Source of the DNA: Nanobdellota archaeon | GTDB taxonomy: Archaea; Nanobdellota; Nanobdellia; Woesearchaeales; UBA583 | Length of the DNA: 54,750 nt | Direction of reading: 5' to 3' | Assembly (NCBI GenBank): GCA_048625195.1 | Contig: JBMCRE010000006.1 | Coordinates: 1-54,750, forward strand | Part shown: piece by piece, positions 10,088 through 19,366 of the stretch | Numbering within the stretch: position 1 is the stretch's first letter | Layout of the letters: the number at the start of each line of letters is the position of its first letter | The notes under the pieces: model-generated | Seen by the model: only the letters and a program-made list of their open reading frames with translations | The model's database searches: none | What the model was told of the DNA's origin: nothing | Made by a program: the position numbers and the translations under genes

Positions 10088-10089
10088 AT
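8212..10089 (-). CDS. 5'-truncated alternative C-terminal cassette of the giant secreted protein
   Basis: Identical to the 1715-aa ORF from VEPAFGPMF onward except a ~130-aa variable domain and the acidic tail; no signal peptide; in-frame ATG at 10089 sits on the duplication breakpoint (ORF track starts at GTG 10098). Confidence 0.8.
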   Translation of the reverse strand: MVEPAFGPMFPESRIQGYNPLTGDLSMMYRFTHAAVSGGQDIRSSVEFICDPQSPGGEHCPSTYETSSNPQMGSSFSLKNLYVRAGGSVQDTVVVTDVSAKYRYNKVRIEHKYSLKGEQKTKVYEENIYHKGEFMLANCYFTGGVVGVGSGFDCDTLFDNDALLSNYELNQQNTKIIPQTTIYQGNTLFLNLGYDVRTDFANEQNSLDLAYIITCPATGENGQAIHKDVKPINVNPSSSSGLEILDLFKFPDTLGEEQQTQSRNYYLVPTQQMIDDVLNNSDYSLKLKFINTAGTQGQTLFIQKTDFIKNAFGTSMPQSLTVNQGAENPSDLIPINDDFTFEVGKKYNIEFQDDVEGINVELVAHHNTDMNKIRSYTFTIGSFADSVDEYNFNKLKAGSCTLEIKLLPSGKGNDAINSESLKDYSAIGDNIQTDNKIAAQDYMKLSFTLGQTPPTQSYSFEIVEPFESGSYCIESTKSELPISYIFQTSDNKELEMSKLTYKLSVEGYRHDDIGETIDGLARGKIENINEDASQIINLIKGEGTQNIKLLYDLTTQIGDNPETTKSNSISYKIRVPDPEKGESCVENSYYDYSEESGGEGSGEEGEENGDESGDDISGDSNPAEN

Positions 10090-10096
10090 TCCAATC

Positions 10097-10161
10097 ACAA
10101 CTTTTTAGAAAAAAGTTGTACCAAAACTTTTTTTAAAAGAGATTTTTAAAAAAATCTCTTT
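10097..10161. repeat. two adjacent perfect hairpins at the duplication junction
   Basis: ACAACTTTTT-AGA-AAAAAGTTGT (10097-10119) and AAAGAGATTTTT-AA-AAAAATCTCTTT (10136-10161). Confidence 0.85.
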
Positions 10162-13052
10162 AGTGAGTTTTAAATCCTATTTCGTTATATTTATAAATTA
10201 AAAGTAACTGGTATAGAGTAAATAAAGTTATTTATAAAAATGATTCAATATAATAATTTAGAAAATAGAATGGGAATATTTAGAAGAACAGAAAAAACAA
10301 TAGGAGAAAAAGATCCACAAGGAAGAAGAGATTTTCTTAAAAAAGTTGGGATTGGCGCTGCAAGTTTATGGTTAGGAAACAGTTTTTTAAATACTGATAT
10401 TGCTCATGCTAGAAAAAAAGTTCCTGGTGCAATTAAAGCTGATCCTGATCCTGCTATAACTTCTGCGTGGAATATTTATCATAACAATATTTATGTGAAC
10501 GAACCTAAATATTGGACTGCAAAACAAAGAGCACTAATGATTTTAAGAATGTGGACAGATAATACTGGATGGGGAGTAACTGATGATTTAATACATAAAG
10601 ATACACCTAAAAGTTCTCATGCTTATTGGTTACTTAGAACAAAAATGGGGGGATCTGGTAAAGAACTTGTAAAATATAAAAAATTAAAAAATTCTGGATT
10701 AGAAGAGTTTGCAATTGGTTTAGTACATTTATACAAAAAAGAAAATGTTTGGGCAAGAGAAAGATTTGCAAATGGAATATTTGTTTCTGCAAATTTAGAA
10801 CAAGAAGATTATCAAAGATTAAAAAATATTGGAATTCCTATTAATTATAGAACTGATTTAAACCAGGAAGGAAACGCTAAAATGTTAGCTAAACAATTTG
10901 TTGATACCAACTTACAAAATAAAGAAAATATTTTAAATGTTGGAATTGGTGAAAAATTTAAAAATGTAAATGGTAACTTTGCAACAATGGATATTAATAC
11001 TCCACAATATGCATTAAAAAATGTATATTGGAACCTAGGATTTTATATAAATACAGAATTTTTATTAGCATCAATGCTAAAAAATGAACAATTAGAAAAA
11101 ACAACATTAACTTTAAGAAATAATAACAAATATTTTTATAGAAAAACAAGAAAAAAACTAAATGTAAATTATAATACAGCAAATCTAAATTTATTATAAA
11201 AATTTAATCATCTCCTGTTTTTCCATCTTCCCCATTCTCTCCACCCTCATCTCCAGTCTCCTCTTCCCCACTCTCTTCTGAATAATCATAATATGAATTT
11301 TCTACACAACTCTCACCTTTTTCAGGATCTGGAACTCGTATTTTATAAGAAATACTGTTTGACTTTGTTGTTTCTGGATTATCTCCTATTTGAGTTGTTA
11401 AATCATATAATAATTTTATATTTTGTGTTCCTTCTCCTTTGATTAAATTAATTATTTGACTTGCATCTTCATTAATATTTTCTATTTTTCCTCTTGCTAA
11501 ACCATCAATTGTTTCACCTATATCATCATGTCTATATCCTTCAACTGATAATTTATAAGTTAATTTAGACATCTCTAATTCTTTATTATCTGAGGTTTGA
11601 AATATGTATGATATTGGTAATTCGCTTTTTGTAGATTCTATACAGTAAGAACCACTTTCAAATGGCTCAACGATTTCGAAACTATAACTTTGAGTAGGTG
11701 GAGTTTGACCTAATGTGAAACTTAGTTTCATATAGTCTTGAGCTGCTATTTTATTGTCTGTTTGAATGTTATCTCCTATAGCTGAATAATCTTTTAAACT
11801 TTCACTGTTGATTGCATCGTTTCCTTTGCCTGATGGAAGTAATTTGATTTCTAAAGTACAACTACCAGCTTTTAATTTATTAAAGTTATATTCATCAACT
11901 GAGTCTGAAAATTTTCCAAGTGTGAAAGGATATTTTTCTATAGATGTTGAATCTTTTTTATCTGCAATAAGTTCTATATTTACATTTTCAACATTGCCAT
12001 CAAACTCTATGTTATATCTTTTGTCAGTTTCAAAAATAAAATCATCTTTAATAGAATTTAAATTTGAAGGATTTTCGGCTTCTTGATTTACTGTTAAACT
12101 TTGTCCTATAGAAACACCCATTGCTCCATCTGTAAACTCTGCATTTTTAATTCTGAGAGTTTGTCCTTGAGTACCAGCTGTATTTATAACTTTAAGTTTT
12201 AAGTCATAATTTCCATTATTTAAAATTTCATCAACATCTATTCCACGAGTATTAAAATAATAATTAGTACTTTGAGTTTGTTGCTCTTCTCCTAATGTGT
12301 CAGGGAATTTGAATAAATCTAATATTTCTAAACCACTTGAGGAAGATGGATTGACATTAATTGGTTTTACATCTTTATGAATTGCTTGACCATTTTCACC
12401 TGTTGCTGGACATGTTATGATATATGCTAAGTCTAATGAGTTTTGCTCGTTTGCAAAGTCAGTTCTAACATCGTATCCTAAATTTAAAAACAAAGTATTT
12501 CCTTGATAAATTGTTGTTTGAGGAATAATTTTTGTGTTTTGTTGGTTTAATTCATAGTTACTCAACAATGCATCATTATCAAATAGTGTGTCACAATCAA
12601 ATCCTGAACCTACTCCTACAACACCACCTGTAAAGTAACAGTTTGCAAGCATGAATTCGCCTTTGTGATATATATTTTCTTCGTAAACTTTTGTTTTTTG
12701 TTCGCCTTTTAATGAGTATTTATGTTCGATTCTAACTTTATTATAACGATATTTTGCTGAAACATCAGTTACAACAACTGTATCTTGAACACTTCCTCCT
12801 GCTCGTACATATAAATTCTTTAATGAAAAAGATGAACCCATTTGAGGATTAGAAGATGTTTCATAAGTGCTTGGACAATGTTCACCACCTGGAGATTGTG
12901 GATCACAAATAAATTCTACTGAACTTCGTATATCTTGACCACCACTTACTGCTGCGTGCGTGAAACGATACATCATAGATAAATCGCCTGTTAGAGGATT
13001 GTAGCCTTGAATTCGTGATTCTGGAAACATTGGACCAAATGCTGGCTCAACC
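10142..13052. repeat. tandem segmental duplication, copy B
   Basis: Offset 2991 to 2965 bp from copy A; identity ends at GCTGGCTCAACC (13052 = 10087). Confidence 0.95.
10240..11199 (+). CDS. twin-arginine (Tat) signal protein, paralog B
   Basis: Same Tat motif; central ~110 aa identical to paralog A, flanks divergent. Confidence 0.8.
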   Translation: MIQYNNLENRMGIFRRTEKTIGEKDPQGRRDFLKKVGIGAASLWLGNSFLNTDIAHARKKVPGAIKADPDPAITSAWNIYHNNIYVNEPKYWTAKQRALMILRMWTDNTGWGVTDDLIHKDTPKSSHAYWLLRTKMGGSGKELVKYKKLKNSGLEEFAIGLVHLYKKENVWARERFANGIFVSANLEQEDYQRLKNIGIPINYRTDLNQEGNAKMLAKQFVDTNLQNKENILNVGIGEKFKNVNGNFATMDINTPQYALKNVYWNLGFYINTEFLLASMLKNEQLEKTTLTLRNNNKYFYRKTRKKLNVNYNTANLNLL

Positions 13053-16000
13053 TCGTTCTGATCGATTGAAGATAAAATATTGTCTGTTAGAACTGACCAA
13101 TCGCCTGTTAGAGCAACTAAACACATTTTATTTACTATTTGTTCTGAACCTAAACCTGCTTGTGAATAAAAAGTTCCTTTGTATCGTTCGTTTAATACTT
13201 TATCTCCTTCTTTTAATCCACTAATTCCTTGTAAAAATGGATTTTCGTGTGGATCGGAACCATCTGATCCTGTTCTTGTGCTTTTTTGGGAAAGTGTTTT
13301 AAATATAACATTTGTTGCTATGTCGCAAATTGCTTGTCCCATTAATCTCTCACAATATGAACCTTTTGTTTCTCCTATTTTTGCTTGTTCTAAGCAACCT
13401 TTAATTGATTCCATAATTTTTAAATAATTTTTTAAGTGTGAATAGGTATCAGTTACACAACCACATCTAATACTCTCAATTACATTGTCTGATGAATCCC
13501 ATCCTGGAACACCTTGAGGATCTAATCCAAAAAAATTACATCGTGTTTCATCAAATTTTGGAGCACCTTGAGAAAAACAAACTCCTGATGCAGCTTGAAG
13601 ATTAACAGCTGATACATCAAAAGTTCCATCTTGATTCTCTTCAATAGTTGCAGGAACACATTGTTCATGAATTAAACCTTCAGAGGTTGAAGTATATTCA
13701 AAAATTCCTTCTTCTTTTTCAAATTTAGTAACTCTACCTGAAACTATTACTCCATCCATTTCTTTATTTCCACTATAATCACAAGGTTGTTTAAATGATA
13801 AAGTATCAAACTGAGCAAGTAATTCATCGTCACCTTCTTGATGGGTAACCATCGCTTTACCTTCTAGTTCGGACTGAGTAAAATGTTTTTGCTCTGAATT
13901 TTCTGGAACAAAGACACCGTTATTATTTTGATCTAAACCTACAAAATCTCCTTCACATTCTTGTGGAGATGCTGTACATGCAACTCTATCACAAATCATA
14001 AACATTTTTCGTTTTGCATCATTCTTAGCATCTTCATCATCACCAATACTTGCAACTTTTATTCCATACCAAAATTTAGATGCAGTACATGCAACTACAC
14101 CTACAACTGATGCTGTTCCTGTCCATTCAACTGCTTGTTGTGTAAATGTAATTGTTTCATTTAAATAACCTATCCAATCATCAATCATTTCTGGAGTCAA
14201 CCATTTTGTACTGTCAAGAGGAGATTCTATATTAACTGATGTTTGAAAATATATTGGATTTTGTGTATCAATTGGTATATCACTCTCATCTACTGAATAT
14301 GTTAAATCTGCTCTAAATGCAAATTTTAATTCATCAGGATAATCAAGTGGTTTTATTTTCATTGGTAATATTTTCACTGGAATATGTACTATTAATTCAC
14401 CTGTATCTTTGTCCAATCTATAATTCATTCTTGACTGATCTAATTGAGCATATTGAGAATGTTTAGAAGTTTTTGTATCTTCTCTAATATTTATACGAGT
14501 TAATTGAGAAATTTGTCCTGGTCCAATGTATTGAAATCTTCCAATCATTGCAAATTCTACATTTCCACTACCTGAACGAAAATCTCCGACATTTTCTATT
14601 TCTGATGCGTAAAGTGTATTTGGAATTGTTGTAATCTCTCCTGGTTTCCACATCGTGTTTCCTGCATCTAATTCTACCTGTTTTGAATCTATTCCTACAT
14701 TACCAAATTTATCTTGCATAATAAAACAAATTGTATTTCTACTAGAAACATCACTTACTTCTGGATTTTTATTCTCATTATTAGCTTGATTATAATCTGA
14801 TTGGTCAAAGTTTTTTTCTTGTAATCCAATTCGTGCATCAAAATTTCCACTACTATCTGAAGTTATTGTTGTTTTTTGAAACATATAATTTGTTAAAGAT
14901 ATTTGTTTTTCTTCTAAATTTAATTCTGGATCATCTACTCTTTCATTATCTAATTGTCCTAAATTTCTTACAAATAAATCCTGATAATCATCACATCTAA
15001 TATTATTTCCATCACTATCTTGTGCATCATAAGGTAGAGTAAATATTGTCATTTCAACTCCTCCTTTATTTGTTTTACCTTCTATTTCTTGAGAAAAAAA
15101 TCTTGCAACTCCATTTTTAAACATTTCTTCGGGCTCTAATGTTTCATCAATTAGTGCTGGTGGTTTATTACTAAACATAATATTATGAGCCTGCTTGTTT
15201 ATATTACCTGCTAAGTCTACTGCGATAAATGTTAAATTATTTTGTCCTTCAACTAAATTTAATTGAATGGTTGTTAAATTATCTTCTATTGTTGATGTAT
15301 AATTTTTATTATTAAAAGTATAATTTAAAACATTAGCATCTGTTGAAATATTATAGATTAAACTATTTCCATTAACATATAAATCATCATTGAGGTTATT
15401 AGTTAATTTGACATCTGCGTTATTCATTGATGAACGATAGTTAACTGATAAAATATCAACATATGGAGGTAATCTGTCAACTGTTACTGACATGTTTGTT
15501 AAACTTGTAAATAAGTGATCATTTGAAGGGTTAGTTGTTACAAAATAAATTTGATTTTCGTTTTCTCTTAACCCACTAATAATAATTTCAAAAAGACTTC
15601 CTGTTAAATCAATTTTACTTAAAAGACCTAAGTTACCAATATTATTAGGGTTTTTATTAAGTATATAATACAAGTTATCATCTGAATCTGAAATACTTCC
15701 TGAAATATTTACTGATGTTTCTGAAATAACATTTTCATAATCACTGATATTTATTGAGTTAGAATATTTATCAAATGTTAAAGTGTGAGTATATTCGTTG
15801 GAGCTCTCATATGTTGGAAAAGGATATTTTTGAACTATTTTTATTTCATTTTCTCCTGAAATTAAATCATCTTGAATTGTAGAAAAATTGATATCAACTA
15901 ACTGGTCAACAACTGTGATTCTTTTTTGAGTTCCTATTTCTTCATCTTTATATATTATTTGTGAAATTTCTTCTGGTTGAAAAGATATTGAATCACCATT

Positions 16001-16351
16001 ATTTAATATTTTTTGTGTGCCTGTAGAAATATTTATATTATATATTCTTGTGGGATGATTATTGTAAATGTTTAAAGTTGCTCCTAGTGGAAGTGTTATA
16101 TCTTCAATATCATCTCCCTCTAAATAAATGTCTATGTTTTCTGCATAAACATCTTGTTGTGCTTTTAAAATATCATTTAAATATAGTTCTATTTGAGTTC
16201 CTGAAGATGTTTTCATATCTATTGTTGCTTGAGATGTTAAACTAGATGGTGTTGTATATTCAAATTGAGGATAAGATGCAAAACTTATTGTTATTAAAAA
16301 AAATGCTATTAAAATGTTTACAATTATCTTGTTTTTGTTAGAAAGATTCAC
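11204..16351 (-). CDS. giant secreted/surface protein (1715 aa): Ig-like beta-rich N-terminus, Cys-rich core, variable domain, acidic tail
   Basis: GTG start, Sec-type signal peptide; Ig-like motifs (VDRLPP, LVEGQNNLTFIAVDLAGN); many Cys in aa ~740-1260; E/G/D-rich C-tail. Confidence 0.8.
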   Translation of the reverse strand: MNLSNKNKIIVNILIAFFLITISFASYPQFEYTTPSSLTSQATIDMKTSSGTQIELYLNDILKAQQDVYAENIDIYLEGDDIEDITLPLGATLNIYNNHPTRIYNINISTGTQKILNNGDSISFQPEEISQIIYKDEEIGTQKRITVVDQLVDINFSTIQDDLISGENEIKIVQKYPFPTYESSNEYTHTLTFDKYSNSINISDYENVISETSVNISGSISDSDDNLYYILNKNPNNIGNLGLLSKIDLTGSLFEIIISGLRENENQIYFVTTNPSNDHLFTSLTNMSVTVDRLPPYVDILSVNYRSSMNNADVKLTNNLNDDLYVNGNSLIYNISTDANVLNYTFNNKNYTSTIEDNLTTIQLNLVEGQNNLTFIAVDLAGNINKQAHNIMFSNKPPALIDETLEPEEMFKNGVARFFSQEIEGKTNKGGVEMTIFTLPYDAQDSDGNNIRCDDYQDLFVRNLGQLDNERVDDPELNLEEKQISLTNYMFQKTTITSDSSGNFDARIGLQEKNFDQSDYNQANNENKNPEVSDVSSRNTICFIMQDKFGNVGIDSKQVELDAGNTMWKPGEITTIPNTLYASEIENVGDFRSGSGNVEFAMIGRFQYIGPGQISQLTRINIREDTKTSKHSQYAQLDQSRMNYRLDKDTGELIVHIPVKILPMKIKPLDYPDELKFAFRADLTYSVDESDIPIDTQNPIYFQTSVNIESPLDSTKWLTPEMIDDWIGYLNETITFTQQAVEWTGTASVVGVVACTASKFWYGIKVASIGDDEDAKNDAKRKMFMICDRVACTASPQECEGDFVGLDQNNNGVFVPENSEQKHFTQSELEGKAMVTHQEGDDELLAQFDTLSFKQPCDYSGNKEMDGVIVSGRVTKFEKEEGIFEYTSTSEGLIHEQCVPATIEENQDGTFDVSAVNLQAASGVCFSQGAPKFDETRCNFFGLDPQGVPGWDSSDNVIESIRCGCVTDTYSHLKNYLKIMESIKGCLEQAKIGETKGSYCERLMGQAICDIATNVIFKTLSQKSTRTGSDGSDPHENPFLQGISGLKEGDKVLNERYKGTFYSQAGLGSEQIVNKMCLVALTGDWSVLTDNILSSIDQNEVEPAFGPMFPESRIQGYNPLTGDLSMMYRFTHAAVSGGQDIRSSVEFICDPQSPGGEHCPSTYETSSNPQMGSSFSLKNLYVRAGGSVQDTVVVTDVSAKYRYNKVRIEHKYSLKGEQKTKVYEENIYHKGEFMLANCYFTGGVVGVGSGFDCDTLFDNDALLSNYELNQQNTKIIPQTTIYQGNTLFLNLGYDVRTDFANEQNSLDLAYIITCPATGENGQAIHKDVKPINVNPSSSSGLEILDLFKFPDTLGEEQQTQSTNYYFNTRGIDVDEILNNGNYDLKLKVINTAGTQGQTLRIKNAEFTDGAMGVSIGQSLTVNQEAENPSNLNSIKDDFIFETDKRYNIEFDGNVENVNIELIADKKDSTSIEKYPFTLGKFSDSVDEYNFNKLKAGSCTLEIKLLPSGKGNDAINSESLKDYSAIGDNIQTDNKIAAQDYMKLSFTLGQTPPTQSYSFEIVEPFESGSYCIESTKSELPISYIFQTSDNKELEMSKLTYKLSVEGYRHDDIGETIDGLARGKIENINEDASQIINLIKGEGTQNIKLLYDLTTQIGDNPETTKSNSISYKIRVPDPEKGESCVENSYYDYSEESGEEETGDEGGENGEDGKTGDD

Positions 16352-16483
16352 TTTATATTATTTGTTTAAAAGAGAATTTATTAGTGTTTTGGTTTACTGG
16401 GTAGAGACAAAACTCCAGAATATAATTAAATCTTAAAATAACACAAAAATATATATAAGTTTATTTCTTATTAAAATAATATA

Positions 16484-17461
16484 ATGCAAAACAAATATGT
16501 AGATTTAAAATTAGGTTATAGTTGTAATAATAACTGCCTACATTGTGTAATTTCTAATCAAAAAAAAGAGGCACAAAATTTAAGAGGAAACTTTAATAGA
16601 ACAATTCAAGAAATTTTTAAAGAACTTGAAAAATCAAAATCTAATGGATGTGAAAGAGTTACTATTACAGGTGGAGAACCTACTATAAGAAATGATTTTT
16701 GTGATATAATTAATTATGCAAAAAATGATTTGAATTTTATTGTTTATTTACAAACTAATGGAAGAATGTTTAAATCTTTAGAATTTACAAAAAAGACATT
16801 ACTTTTTATTGATTTTATTATTATTGCATTACATTCTGATAAAGAATCAATTCATGATAAAATTACTCAGAGAAAAAATAGTTTTAAAGAAACAATTGAT
16901 GGTATTAAAAATTTAATTTCTTTGAATGCTAATATTGGAATTAAAATTGTTATTTCTAAATATAATTATAAAGATTTAAAAAATATATTAATTTTATTAA
17001 AATCTTTAAAAGTAAATTATGTTAATATAGCTTTTCCACATGCTAATGGAAATGCTTTGAAGTATTTTGATAAAGTTGTACCTAATTACAAAGATATTGT
17101 ATCTTATGTTGAAAATGCAATAGAGTTTTCAAAAGAAAATAATATTATTTTAGAATTAGAACAAGTTTTACCTTGTTGTTTAAATAAAAATTATGATATG
17201 AAATATTTTACTGATATAAAATTAAAATCGAATGAATGTGAATTAAAACAATTAAATCAAGATATGTTAAAAGGAAAAAATTTATTCAAAAAAGATAAAA
17301 GAAAAATCCCACAATGTAAAAGTTGTATTTATAATAGATATTGTGATGGATTTTGGAAAGAGTATATTGAAAAGAGAGGATATGATGAATTTAAATGTGT
17401 AAATATTTTTTCTAAAAAGGTAAAAGACATTATAAAAGATAAAATTAATCAATGGAAATAA
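16484..17461 (+). CDS. radical SAM protein with C-terminal SPASM/twitch-like Cys cluster
   Basis: CNNNCLHC, TGGEPT, QTNG; CKSCIYNRYCDG. Confidence 0.9.
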   Translation: MQNKYVDLKLGYSCNNNCLHCVISNQKKEAQNLRGNFNRTIQEIFKELEKSKSNGCERVTITGGEPTIRNDFCDIINYAKNDLNFIVYLQTNGRMFKSLEFTKKTLLFIDFIIIALHSDKESIHDKITQRKNSFKETIDGIKNLISLNANIGIKIVISKYNYKDLKNILILLKSLKVNYVNIAFPHANGNALKYFDKVVPNYKDIVSYVENAIEFSKENNIILELEQVLPCCLNKNYDMKYFTDIKLKSNECELKQLNQDMLKGKNLFKKDKRKIPQCKSCIYNRYCDGFWKEYIEKRGYDEFKCVNIFSKKVKDIIKDKINQWK

Positions 17462-17465
17462 AAAA

Positions 17466-17978
17466 ATGATAAAATTAAATCACTTTACACTAACTCTTGC
17501 AATATCTTTTTGGATATATTATTTTATCTTTTCCATTAATTTGGCCTTTACTTTTTTATTATCTTTAATAACTGCAATGTTATCTTCACTTCCTGATATT
17601 GATATTAAAATTATAAAACAAATTAATAGTTATAATAGAAAAACATTATATCTTTTATATCCTATAACTTTTTTATTAAAATTAATTTTTAAACATAGAA
17701 CTATAACACATAGTATTTGGTTACCTTTGTTTTTGTTATTATTAGATATTATTTTTAATTTTAATAATATTATTATAGATTATTCTTTAAGAGTTTTTTA
17801 TATTGCAATTTTTTTACATATTATAGAAGATGCTACAACAAAAAAAGGTGTTAAAATATTTTTTCCTATTCCTTTTAATTTAAGATTATTTGTTTTTTCT
17901 ACAAGTTCTAAAATTAATTTTTTATTAATACAATTAATTTCTTATAGTATTATATTTATGTTTTTTTTAAATATATAA
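17466..17978 (+). CDS. membrane-bound metal-dependent hydrolase (YdjM/DUF457-like)
   Basis: SLPDID, HRTITHS, HIIED motifs in a multi-TM protein. Confidence 0.85.
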   Translation: MIKLNHFTLTLAISFWIYYFIFSINLAFTFLLSLITAMLSSLPDIDIKIIKQINSYNRKTLYLLYPITFLLKLIFKHRTITHSIWLPLFLLLLDIIFNFNNIIIDYSLRVFYIAIFLHIIEDATTKKGVKIFFPIPFNLRLFVFSTSSKINFLLIQLISYSIIFMFFLNI

Positions 17979-18066
17979 TGTGTTTGTTAATAAAAATATG
18001 CTAATATTAAAGAATTCTATCTTGAATTTTATTTTTTTTATCTATCACTATTATATTGAACTATTT

Positions 18067-18570
18067 TTAATCATTATTTATAATTTCTTTTATTTTTAAA
18101 AGTATGTTTGTTACTTTTTGAGCTAGAGTATCAATATCAAAATGTTTAATATTTGTTTTTATAGAATAACTTGCTTCATTTCTTTTTTCTTTTAAAGTAG
18201 TATAAAACATAGCATCTTCTTGTGAGATATTTAATTTTTCTAAAATTTCAATATCTTCTTTATTTATTTCAACATAATTTTTTAAAATAAATACAATTGT
18301 TGCATTATGATTTTTTGACGAATAACCTTTATTTTCAACTAATGCTAAAAATGAATGATATAAACAATAGTATAAAACTACTATTTTCCAATCATCAAAA
18401 CTGTTATCTTTAATTGTTTTAAAAAAATATAAATTATGATTTGCTTTTTCTAAATGTCCAAATTTTAATTGATTTGAATTAAAAGATTTTAATAATATTT
18501 TTCTTTTAGTGTAATTTAGATAGTATTCTTCTAATAATTCTTTGTTTTGTATTAGTTTATTAATATTCAT
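18067..18570 (-). CDS. HEPN domain protein (MNT-HEPN toxin-antitoxin)
   Basis: HLEKANHNL, W..VVLYYCLYH..LAL, SKNH, RNEASY; overlaps MNT gene. Confidence 0.85.
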   Translation of the reverse strand: MNINKLIQNKELLEEYYLNYTKRKILLKSFNSNQLKFGHLEKANHNLYFFKTIKDNSFDDWKIVVLYYCLYHSFLALVENKGYSSKNHNATIVFILKNYVEINKEDIEILEKLNISQEDAMFYTTLKEKRNEASYSIKTNIKHFDIDTLAQKVTNILLKIKEIINND

Positions 18571-19168
18571 TTTTTAAATAATATTCTGCTTGATTATATA
18601 TTGGATAACCTGTTTCTTTTGCGCTTAATACTACATAATCCTCTTTAACATTTATAAAATTTTGTTCATCAATATAAAAACAAGATATTGGATAAATACT
18701 TGTAACATTAGTTTTTTGTTTTATTTCTTCAATATTTTGAGTTATTTCTTTTTGATATAATTTGTTCAAATCATCATTTTCAAATGAGTTTAAAACTACT
18801 AATAAGTCTATATCACTATCTTCTTTTTCTTCTGCTCTTGATGATGAGCCAAAATGGATTATATATTTTATATTATTTATCTCTTTTAAAAAATCTTGCA
18901 AAGGTATCTTTACCTTATAATTTAGATTTTGAAATTTTTCTATTGCAAATTTTGCAAAATATACTGATTTTAATTGTTTATTTTTTAAAGAATAATATGT
19001 ATTTGATTTTTCTTTCTCTTTTTTTATTTCTTTTTTATCAACTAATTCTTTTAGATTTTTATTTAAAGAACTATCTTTTAATCCTGAAATTTTTTTTAAC
19101 TCATTAAAATATAATTGATTTTTTTTAGCTTTAAAAAATGCAAAATAAATTTTTTCAATGGGTTTCAT
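18560..19168 (-). CDS. wHTH + minimal nucleotidyltransferase (MNT) antitoxin
   Basis: N-terminal winged helix; HFGSSSRAEEKEDSDIDLLVV nucleotidyltransferase motif. Confidence 0.9.
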   Translation of the reverse strand: MKPIEKIYFAFFKAKKNQLYFNELKKISGLKDSSLNKNLKELVDKKEIKKEKEKSNTYYSLKNKQLKSVYFAKFAIEKFQNLNYKVKIPLQDFLKEINNIKYIIHFGSSSRAEEKEDSDIDLLVVLNSFENDDLNKLYQKEITQNIEEIKQKTNVTSIYPISCFYIDEQNFINVKEDYVVLSAKETGYPIYNQAEYYLKNEY

Positions 19169-19198
19169 AACTATATAAAGATTTGTTTATTTATAAAT

Positions 19199-19242
19199 TT
19201 GCTTCTTTTTTAGAAGTGATTGCTTCTTTTTTAGAAGTGATT
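19199..19242. promoter_or_regulatory. perfect 21-bp tandem repeat with internal dyad; putative operator upstream of MNT-HEPN
   Basis: TTGCTTCTTTTTTAGAAGTGA x2, each containing CTTCT-N4/5-AGAAG, next to a TTTATAAA TATA-like box. Confidence 0.55.
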
Positions 19243-19288
19243 TTATCAAATTTTTCATAAAATTATTGAAATAAAATATTTTTAGATT

Positions 19289-19304
19289 AGTAACATATGT
19301 TACT
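19289..19304. promoter_or_regulatory. perfect 16-bp palindrome in divergent intergenic region
   Basis: AGTAACATATGTTACT. Confidence 0.45.
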
Positions 19305-19366
19305 TGATTACACAGTTGTAAAAAAATAGATAATTTTATAATATATATTTTTTTGATTAAAATAAA

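Noticed and set aside
7150-13052. Diversity-generating retroelement (TR/VR pair)
   Set aside because: Differences are not confined to adenines (TCA/GCT, CAT/TAT), include indels, span kilobases, and no reverse transcriptase is in the window
11204-16351. Fusexin/HAP2 or classical polymorphic toxin assignment for the giant protein
   Set aside because: No recognisable toxin catalytic motif, RHS repeats or fusexin signature by eye; left unassigned
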